Below are positions 21,801-25,613 of a stretch of 64,000 bases of DNA, in pieces. How positions within the stretch are numbered: position 1 is the stretch's first letter; the number at the start of each line of letters is the position of its first letter. Both the position numbers and the translations under genes were made by a program. The notes beneath the pieces were generated by a model. The model had not been told where the DNA came from. It was given only the letters and a program-made list of their open reading frames with translations, and did not search any database. Source of the stretch: an uncultured Thermococci archaeon (GTDB lineage Archaea > Methanobacteriota_B > Thermococci > Thermococcales > Thermococcaceae); assembly GCA_964487115.1 (NCBI GenBank), contig CAZAPD010000090.1:7994-71993 (forward strand), read 5' to 3'.

Positions 21801-23198
21801 AATGTTAGCGAGAACAAAGAAGAAAAACACTTATTCACAAAATACTTTGGATTTTACAACACATCTTCATGGGAACCATTTAGAGAAGATTTTGGGCAGT
21901 GGAGCAGCGATATACTTAAAAACATGACTATACCAGAAGAGGAGCTCGATAGTATTTACTCCACAATTATTTCAAATTGGAGTCTCACATCCTACAGGGA
22001 AAACCTGATTATAGGAGCTTCTACAGGCTGGATAAACGCTACTTACAGAAGAGAGGTAATCATTAAAGGCTTCAGGGGATATGAAAATATTACACTGTCA
22101 ATAATTCAAACAGTTCATCTGTTCGGCAACGCAACACATGTTCCCGATACAGAGCCTCCCGAGATATCCATAACCTATCCAGAAAATAAGACTTACGACC
22201 ACAATATCACGTTAATTAAAGTTCAGGTCTATGATGTTTCTCCAGTTAAATGGGTCAGAGCGGAGCTGGATGGGAGAATATACCCAATGAATCACGTAAA
22301 TGATTCATGGTTGGCAACCGTTAATATCGGAGATGGAAAACACCTTCTCACAGTGTATGCCTCGGATGTATACGGGAATACTGGATATACCAACATTACA
22401 TTCACAGTCAATACCAGCATCAGAATAGTGGAAAGCAACAATACTACAGTTCAAGTGATTCCCGGTGAAGCTGAGAGTCAAATCCAAATCGGTGGCAGCT
22501 CAGTGACTATTAATATTAGCATTCAAGGTGTTGAATATTCATTTATATTCCATGCCCAGCCCTTGATTACAGTAGATGAGAGGATTAACAGCAAACCATG
22601 GATGATGATTTACAGTAACGCACAAATGGGAGAAACAGAAGAAAAAACTGAGGAGATCACCCAAGGAGGGACGGTTTATAGAGTGAGAAGAATTACAATT
22701 GAACTTCAAGTGGCGGAAGATGGATACGCTGTTTTAGTAGTACCGCTCCATCAGATGAAGCCAACGGAGATTAAGATAGATAAGGATGGCGTCGAGTACA
22801 AATTAACAAGAGAAAAGAGGGAATATGGTTACTTTGGAGTATTTGGGGACTATTTATACATAGTGGTTTTTGATGATCCAGTTATTAAAATAACAATGGA
22901 AGAGATAGACAGAACACGCACAATAGAATTACATAAAAGAATATGGACCAATCTCGGCATCATATGGGAAGCATATTATCTCAGAATGAATGAAAGATTC
23001 AACGAACTGGAAGCCAACATAACAAATATAAGCAGAATCCAGAAAGCTTTGAGCCTCCATAAGAAAGCACAAAGCTACTTTGATAAAGCAAATACCTACG
23101 ATCCAAGGATTAATCCAGCGATGTATGCAATATACATGAGAAAAGCATATATCACAGAAAAAAGGGCCCTGAAGCTACTTATTGAAAATCTCCATTAA
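9801..23198 (+). CDS. Giant secreted multi-domain surface protein (4465 aa): CARDB-like x13, Ig/FN3-like, CarboxypepD_reg-like, Cys-rich module, PKD x2
   Basis: Uninterrupted 13,398-nt ORF. AAGGAGG lies 10 nt upstream of the ATG. N-terminal signal peptide, domain motifs as listed in the sub-features, and very frequent N-x-S/T sequons. T6 terminator-like run just downstream. Confidence 0.9.
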   Translation: MKRATTAMVIFLILFSLFSYPLLAANMTKSLNSSKKEAPTLRLDEANNPDVAVTSLSYSYVNGSQMIVSASVVNYGNTSEPFNTTFIAIEPQELPEPSEVPFTWIDISQIVQNAVQVYSGEYVSNWSAVLHGDDSYFIYKLPFVLNYFGRKIVNISVSTNGYIELLGKWEQPRFRSSIGIYPDLEDYHEDVILALDGDLETDDGYLAVVGFADKVVIEWFGSTFQDYNSADYPINVQVIIFRNGTIRWSYKFLRYSSEEYNMFAGYFSKVSLEDRVISQGERKSFEVQLPEVTPLTIKSQTPGLLNEEETTTTIMLPIRDFYVEAIADNEEELNDYYRFNNIGELWIWPGDYWIENATIGNLTVGEYVEINFTVKSTSHHPETTMIKLLMNNESVRTLYVNSLDFINGTARKSFSWRVQGGKYSLMLELQNQGDINTENNLFLLGNYSLPQPNFKVLNYSISIPNCVGDLAVITANVTNDGDANWSDVEVKFVVGYSSSGQLPISRISYISLPAGDTKEVSASFSLQPGNISWIYVQIDPYDRVIERNENDNILNETYMAEIYYPDFTVESIYTPTKPNTGNSYTINITIDNLGQCYNGGIYTYLYENGSRVGYKYVTGILTNPKNISIGWTPREPGLRNLTVVIDPYNSIPEKNEANNALSKMVFVGGPDLIITNVTLLSFDGMAGSTATFNVTIKNTGEAFTDPFYVVAKSSLGSDYEYIRGMNKNEEKWIILQPIINGGSYNLTFIVDYTHNIPETYESNNMALYPINVPRPNFIIERVEIPDNTVGNVPINITIKNIGAPYNATRTNVIVKIQASGYSSLYFGGIIGSNESVWKTGEVDINPPGGTINVTVNPSKFINETHFSDNSYVLDHTTGYPDLTVKISVPNDVSAGERIPVNVTVKNIGNATLRISKYSYWYYYLPLSVKIVYENGETYTSRYELAPATLDPNTSIMRISYFTLNGGLNILNATVDENNRWKESNESNNYATVSLNVAMPDFVVSNYSIQESLLNGSAYLYKTYSLPVNVTNNGANFSSYVYVQLLDNGKYSSSRSVGPLNHGETKEAFLYYIPAPGQHLITLLVDPGNNWIESNETNNNRIVANLSFGYPELVPLGVTWTPYNFTSGDSVTFKTYIKNTGQAFYRSFSVRFEVWNETSRLTYGYGTPNPYSWYFKENETKEFDWRWYNAKPGNLTLKIFVDYYNAIPESNESNNEYEAYLGSIGTPDFELSNLTVENLEYGRYARINVNLRNLGEAIYKNFPIMFNISNTIRYVWIYGMNSNESKLIGTKWYVDKVGNITIQVRADPNNAIIESDEDNNEVSGSYYIEAPDLVISSYKWIEDDLSRGYLTFNINVTNNGGNCYRGFYVGMYIDGEHKADAWIPSLMKGETKEVTVKWHFNVGGTHNVTLRADTYDTIEESDENNNEVNTQVTIALPDLTIESISLPENMNANAYYPINITIRNDGLRDVDEYFTVAVFDGDRLIGSKGYNTLKAGQSTAIQLQIRPYPGNRTIKAIVDYYNHVYEVNESNNEAEAKTYVSAPNLKILSVYVGNYTFAGDEAVLTATLENTGDAEAKNFYIGFKAGDVYIGAARVESLAPNSIKNVSITWKIQGGEYPIYAIADYGNYLREWNESDNTASTPVKVPTPDLTVSNLTWRGEKQVGAFINFSAVISNIGNPTKQEFYVSLYVGNEAVDHVKVNGLEAGASMEIDFHPWKAKYGNLTVEVKVDTWNFVTESNENNNVVLSTINIKDISAPTIMQMFPANGSITNRNITGVYLVDDGAGVDYSLSKIDIIKNGTQIPGHSEFSGGWLVFIPDSKLGDGEYTVRIKAVDKAGNSANYTYTYTLDTTPPRIKIEGVSNGATYNSTIFPQVTVMDIHLKEYSTLLNGKPYNGEPIKFDGSYVLEVTASDEAGNSAHEKITFTLNGIPLPPSSLTVKSEEGYAILTWKPSPSKDVLGYFVYVNGVKVTPEPIERLNFTLPYQEAVYEVSAVDFAGHESEKVLAEPIIVSLVSPQNPLLAENYPANLTFHLKNMNGAINVSVDIQLIDSLGNVIKDIDYGRLQFAPNETKQLVLTFITPEDLRAVQVIVSNGGKSYTTFPVKTYRTSLPNITISSILSNFPEVIPVNITNFGSAELTVSGSASLGRITGETNYIRLKPGENGTLYIYLTPKDIGEEILTLNLTYRTFGDAKTFKITKTINVTSPILNPITLSHEQIVKGKIATVFAIFKNLGSAPLTVNKAIIRLVDGNSTIVEKTVYKTARLYSEGTISFYTTFVVPANAPDYATLEVTVYGMDGYKLNYSKREEVQLLKPPYNANVTIGKEIYSPGETIHVTGYAFNESGFLPNVTVKLSFARDDFVRTFLVKTDSYGRFTFNFTPYATEGGTFVISATHPKVISLEHDAQFKVLGIVPLVRHYTLQVPIKFRYKLQIPLRNVGDEPLNITVTSNSSIFHVDILKNITLMPGEIKRISVVISSNQSKNETFSLTFRSRYNNESVQINIITLPEKPILRASPKVIDVGVKPGEVLTKSVEVENLGFAPAGNVTIILPNWSFVTLASNFTTIEAGEKEAFTIFIAPTENNTGKFTGYVKLSAKDAEVKIPIRVIVTPNQTGNVRFILVDPEGNPIPNGKITISNEYYTETKVADKNGTVLFSNVPVGLYKYYAFGEEIVPKDGNIIIDAGIEKNVTVILLKSPLKVEFEVYPVTVDDVYTIVHEIEYETYLTIPYLKVDYGQGYIIVNSSYLKEHGVVEFRGYVTIQNTNPYLSVVNVTFRPIIVDHYTEIVFAVDRIDEIKPGENVTVPYVIRVYQHRSPDIDPCKPQRIVISLPSLAYCEDGKWHVPPADEISFTIKLACVDCFWSITAVIKDVAVALSGPLGDVIQGGVKIGKAGIMIVRTSKVVGDVADKILNIQGQIDFGAKCYAAATSGCQEDASSCIQKVVDTIIGFIPVVNDIWGIYNDIKGAIENCGNCLFKDSCVKKCTPIQVPPINSIPIYIGISGGGDVGGIGGGGGDGISYEVQECEKTEGIAPTPQSSSTRISKGSIPDVNGKSCAFLRNVPGEEILPAQTVNPNEDHKNMVCTRIKLEIRQRLTMERQGFRADLKFTNLAGYTIRNLTVYIKFFDENGTVADDKFFVRVLTLEGINSLNGSSLVPNGTGIVNWLIIPKPGAAGALSTHYTVKAYIFGKVGNTTLEYESWPEEITVEPMPILQLDYMLPRYVYGDNPKTPEVEPPIPFVFGVRVKNIGYGDAKNLRIESAQPKIISSNVPAYISFRIIGTYINGIKAANSLTVDFGDIPAGESATAAWIMTAQVSGEFVSYNATFIHEDLLGGNETSLIRTLRTHTLFKAFNDTIRNDGMMDFLVDDNRDLIPERIIDSTGADFEVLHVNATMRTESDMKIIVPTAIFIDKWTYIGLKFNPGTTFRIVRSDGSMPVSYWYDGKTLHILDYGTPEFYYIKSNRKPVAQATITSPTIANRSVTFDASLSYDPDGKITDYAWKIGNLTFHRKVLNYTFTKPGIYNVTLTVRDDGGLSATKSFIVTVYLGPRFTENFSVSPKLGVVPFNITAVLNVTNSGDAEGIYSAAFSVDGKLLNISQVSIQPDTTYSFEFRAKISEIGYHNVTINNFTQVVEAYKNVSISQINRQNYSKYFGYYNSLQWDEFKKDFENWSANILSNITLPVEEFDRVIYMKTGNWSIAEYIENLNKTEESGWIKAVYTRNVTLIGITKWNYTELHLTQVAELYGNATHKLDVTAPSLTVSPSSGIYQYIPEFNVTVCDESNVTVWGISITKGTKTAFTLISINNTCSLWRGILPLDIANNTVTIIAEDEFGNRANETLWIYINPTTPIIYIESPKSTVYNKKTLWFNYTVIDTDLIGVRAYLDGTLTSTSVNVSKQLTMDYGYHNFTVTAWDVSYNVSRTVIFRINKPPIANFTWTANHLRVNFTSTSTDEDGIIRYLWDFGDGSSSNETNPTHVYPRGGRYNVTLTVWDAYSATSTITRAIQVFANVSENKEEKHLFTKYFGFYNTSSWEPFREDFGQWSSDILKNMTIPEEELDSIYSTIISNWSLTSYRENLIIGASTGWINATYRREVIIKGFRGYENITLSIIQTVHLFGNATHVPDTEPPEISITYPENKTYDHNITLIKVQVYDVSPVKWVRAELDGRIYPMNHVNDSWLATVNIGDGKHLLTVYASDVYGNTGYTNITFTVNTSIRIVESNNTTVQVIPGEAESQIQIGGSSVTINISIQGVEYSFIFHAQPLITVDERINSKPWMMIYSNAQMGETEEKTEEITQGGTVYRVRRITIELQVAEDGYAVLVVPLHQMKPTEIKIDKDGVEYKLTREKREYGYFGVFGDYLYIVVFDDPVIKITMEEIDRTRTIELHKRIWTNLGIIWEAYYLRMNERFNELEANITNISRIQKALSLHKKAQSYFDKANTYDPRINPAMYAIYMRKAYITEKRALKLLIENLH
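10848..15056 (+). repeat. Array of 13 tandem, diverged CARDB-like domain units (period about 312-357 nt)
   Basis: Each unit opens with P[DN][FL]xhxxh (PDFTVESIY, PDLIITNVT, PDLTVKISV...). Each contains N.G (NDGDA, NTGEA, NIGNA...) and ends in an acidic/Asn cap. The caps are NTENN (about 11110), ERNENDN (11447), EKNEANN (11770), TYESNN (12082), ETHFSDNS (12395), ESNESNN (12752), ESNETNN (13082), ESNESNN (13433), ESDEDNN (13746), ESDENNN (14063), VNESNN (14382), WNESDN (14700) and ESNENNN (15015). Confidence 0.8.
15057..15830 (+). other. Ig-like domains followed by an FN3-like domain
   Basis: DISAPTI...YTVRIKAVDKAGNS...DTTPPRIKIEGV...LEVTASDEAGNS, then PPSSLTVKSEEGYAILTWKPSPSKDVLGYFVYVNG (FN3-like). 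Confidence 0.5.
17631..17872 (+). other. Carboxypeptidase-regulatory-like (CarboxypepD_reg) beta-sandwich domain
   Basis: GNVRFILVDPEGNPIPNGKITISNEYYTETKVADKNGTVLFSNVPVGLYKYYAF. Confidence 0.6.
18240..19030 (+). other. Cys-rich module with embedded Gly-rich linker (18784-18840)
   Basis: 14 Cys within about 265 aa (CKPQ, AYCED, ACVDC, AKCY, SGCQ, SSCI, ENCGNC, DSCVKKC, QECE, KSCA, VCTR) in a protein otherwise almost Cys-free. Includes GISGGGDVGGIGGGGGDGIS. Confidence 0.7.
20170..20415 (+). other. PKD domain 1
   Basis: VTFDASLSYDPDGKITDYAWKIGN...YNVTLTVRDDGGLSAT. Confidence 0.8.
21558..21797 (+). other. PKD domain 2
   Basis: VNFTSTSTDEDGIIRYLWDFGDGSSSNETNPTHVYPRGGRYNVTLTVWDAYSAT. Confidence 0.85.
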
Positions 23199-23206
23199 CT
23201 TTTAAA

Positions 23207-23212
23207 TTTTTT
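23207..23212 (+). terminator. Oligo-T (T6) archaeal-type terminator candidate after the giant ORF
   Basis: TTTAAATTTTTTAC lies 9 nt after the stop codon. Confidence 0.4.
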
Positions 23213-23310
23213 ACAGATTTTAATTTATGTTATGTTGCATCCTATCCTCCATGATTTCTGCACCATCATATCTTGGGATGTTCTAAATTCGCTAAATATA
23301 ATACGATGGA

Positions 23311-23324
23311 TATAAAAATATAAA
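23311..23324 (+). promoter_or_regulatory. TATA-box candidate for the STAND gene pair
   Basis: TATAAAAATATAAA lies 28-41 nt upstream of the preferred ATG at 23352, with an AGAGGG SD in between. Confidence 0.35.
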
Positions 23325-23351
23325 GTGCATAATTACATAGAGGGTTCATGT

Positions 23352-25613
23352 ATGAGTATGAAAGCCTCATTATTAATGAGATCATTATCCAACGAAACTA
23401 ATCTGCATATACTCTCCATACTTAAATCCGGCGCGTTTAATCCCAGAGAACTTGCCCGCATTCTGCAAAAAGATGAAACGGATATTTCAAGAAGACTAAG
23501 ACTGCTGGAAAAGGCAGGATTAGTGAAAGGTCAGTGGATGCGAATAGGAAAAAAGAATGTAAAAGTGTATTCGCTGAAGGTAGATGAAGTCAAAATAAGC
23601 TTCAAGCCAACAGAAGTGATAATAAGAACGACTACAAATGAAAACTACCAGATACCTATATTTGACAGGAAAGTTCCTGAGGTTAATATGTTCTTTGGAC
23701 GGCAAGCTGAAATAGAAAAAATAACATCAACTCCAGCTCGTGTCATACTCATCTATGGAATAGCAGGTATTGGAAAGACAACTCTAATAGCAAAAATATT
23801 CAATAATGCTTTTTGGTACCAGATAAATGAGCTCGATAGCTTTGACTATATCATATGGCAGTTTGGTTTATACCTCAACACCCTCGGATATTCTCTACTC
23901 CTTGATTATCTACGCAGCGGAGGGAAAAATGAGAGGGATATATTCGAACTCATACTCGATGGAATGGAAACAACGGGAGCTCAGGTAGTTATTGATGATG
24001 CCCATAAATGCTCTGACGATAAGATAATACAGCTCTTTACGTATCTGACACCAAGGCTTCAAAAAGCAAAGCTTGTAATAATATCAAGGGAAAGGATAAA
24101 TTTAGGTTTGAAAAATGTGATGTATTTACATCTCAAAGGTTTAAGTGCAGAGGATGCCTATCAGCTTTTGATATCCAAAGGAGCAAGAATAGAACCGGAA
24201 AAATTTGCAGAGATCTACCACATAAGTTATGGACACCCTCTAATATTGCTCCTATTTGCTGAAACATATCCTGATGAAGAGGTCAAGATGCACAACTTCC
24301 TTGATTTCTTGTTTACTGAAATCTACCAAAAGCTGAAAGAGGATGAAAAGTTAATGATTCAAATACTCTCTCTTTTTGATGAACCTTTAGAATACGAGGA
24401 GATAAGGGCCTTATATCAAAAAAAGAATGTTTTTACAGTTCTATACTCCCTTACAAACAAGGGAATAGTGGAAAAAAGGGGAGAGGCTTATGCGCTCCAT
24501 GATCTACTGAGAGGACTTGCAAAAGAACTTACAGACATCGATGAGCGAGAATACTACTTAAAATACATTAATCATCTGCTGACAAAGAAAACAGCCAAAG
24601 CTTTTATGAAAGCTCTCCAGTATGCCGTCAAACTTGGGGACGAGGAGAAGATTAGGGAACTAATCGAAATCAGGCTAAGAAGATTCAAACGGATAATTCA
24701 AGATTTTCCAGATTCGTATATGCGAATTTTAATTCAAATCAAGGATAATCCTTATGCCAAAGAGGAGCTCGGTAATATATACTTCCAGAAAGGTCTATTC
24801 AATAAAGCCCTTACTCTCTGGCTTGAAATTAAGGACAAAGTCGAAGGTATTCACAAAGGCGATGTTCTAAGCTCTTTGGTTGATATATACATAGAATTAA
24901 ACGAATTTGAAAAAGCTGAGGAATATCTCAGGGAACTGGAAAAACTTTTAGCCAAAACGCCAGATTTAAAAATTCAACTTTGGTATTATATCCAACTTAC
25001 AAAATTTGAATATTACAAAAATAACCATGAAAATGCTCTCAAAAGCGCATTTAAAGAGCTTGAAATAGTAAGGAAAATGAGCCCATATCCAGAGCTTGAA
25101 AGTCTCGTATTACTTCACATCGGGGATATATATACAGGCATGGAAAAGGTTAAAGATGGAATCAAATATTACATCCAATCCCTCAAACTGGCTAAGGCAT
25201 ATAATCTGGCATTCTTAGAGCATGTCTCATATATGGAGCTAACAAAAGCATATTTCATCCTTAAAGATTATAGAAGAGCTATAGAATATGGAACAAAAGC
25301 AGTTCAATACTTCATCAGGGTCAGAAACTATCGTAGGGCTATCGACGCATTGGCATATAGATGCCTCTCATACGCTGGATTACTAAAGCTCAAAGAAGCC
25401 GAAAAGGATGCCGAAGAAATGATAAAGATAGCCCAAACAACAAACTATCCATTAGCATGGGCAGGATACATATTCTTAGGAGTAATTAAAGAGTTAAGGG
25501 GAGAGAATGGGCAGGAATATTTCAAACTGGGTGAAGAGAGACTGAAAGAATATCCTTGGTTGTATGAGTCAGTTATGGAAGAGGTTAACAGGGTGGAATT
25601 AAAGGAGGAGTAG
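23352..25613 (+). CDS. Winged-HTH + STAND (NB-ARC/archaeal-ATPase-like) P-loop NTPase + TPR-repeat protein, paralog 1
   Basis: ORF track 23325-25613. The ATG at 23352 is preferred because it gives the same 13-aa lead before NETNL as paralog 2. ArsR-like wHTH (NLHILSILKSGAFNPRELARILQKDETDISRRLRLLEKAGLV). FFGRQAEIEKI then Walker A GIAGIGKTT. Walker B VVIDDAH. NB-ARC-type GxP motif YGHPLILLL. C-terminal about 300 aa are TPR-like helical repeats. Confidence 0.8.
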   Translation: MSMKASLLMRSLSNETNLHILSILKSGAFNPRELARILQKDETDISRRLRLLEKAGLVKGQWMRIGKKNVKVYSLKVDEVKISFKPTEVIIRTTTNENYQIPIFDRKVPEVNMFFGRQAEIEKITSTPARVILIYGIAGIGKTTLIAKIFNNAFWYQINELDSFDYIIWQFGLYLNTLGYSLLLDYLRSGGKNERDIFELILDGMETTGAQVVIDDAHKCSDDKIIQLFTYLTPRLQKAKLVIISRERINLGLKNVMYLHLKGLSAEDAYQLLISKGARIEPEKFAEIYHISYGHPLILLLFAETYPDEEVKMHNFLDFLFTEIYQKLKEDEKLMIQILSLFDEPLEYEEIRALYQKKNVFTVLYSLTNKGIVEKRGEAYALHDLLRGLAKELTDIDEREYYLKYINHLLTKKTAKAFMKALQYAVKLGDEEKIRELIEIRLRRFKRIIQDFPDSYMRILIQIKDNPYAKEELGNIYFQKGLFNKALTLWLEIKDKVEGIHKGDVLSSLVDIYIELNEFEKAEEYLRELEKLLAKTPDLKIQLWYYIQLTKFEYYKNNHENALKSAFKELEIVRKMSPYPELESLVLLHIGDIYTGMEKVKDGIKYYIQSLKLAKAYNLAFLEHVSYMELTKAYFILKDYRRAIEYGTKAVQYFIRVRNYRRAIDALAYRCLSYAGLLKLKEAEKDAEEMIKIAQTTNYPLAWAGYIFLGVIKELRGENGQEYFKLGEERLKEYPWLYESVMEEVNRVELKEE

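Larger units (their letters stand above)
20170..22440 (+). repeat. Internal duplication of a PKD / unknown-domain / Ig-like module (copy A about 20170-21557, copy B about 21558-22440)
   Basis: Copy A: KYFGYYNSLQWDEFKKDFENWSANILSNITLPVEEFD...LYGNATHKLDVTAPSLTV. Copy B: KYFGFYNTSSWEPFREDFGQWSSDILKNMTIPEEELD...LFGNATHVPDTEPPEISI. Both are preceded by a PKD domain and followed by Ig-like segments. Confidence 0.7.

Noticed and set aside
10547-22487. About a dozen 60-134-aa minus-strand ORFs inside the giant gene (for example 17288-17692 and 19013-19315)
   Set aside because: These are antisense shadow ORFs within a 13.4 kb frame whose translation shows consistent domain motifs. None has recognisable motifs or start signals.
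22900-23198. Search for a C-terminal membrane anchor or sorting signal (TM helix, PGF-CTERM-like) on the giant protein
   Set aside because: The last ~150 aa are charged and helical (…NERFNELEANITNISRIQKALSLHKKAQSYFDKAN…) with no hydrophobic stretch. An S-layer-type anchored glycoprotein call is therefore not supported, and the attachment mode is left open.
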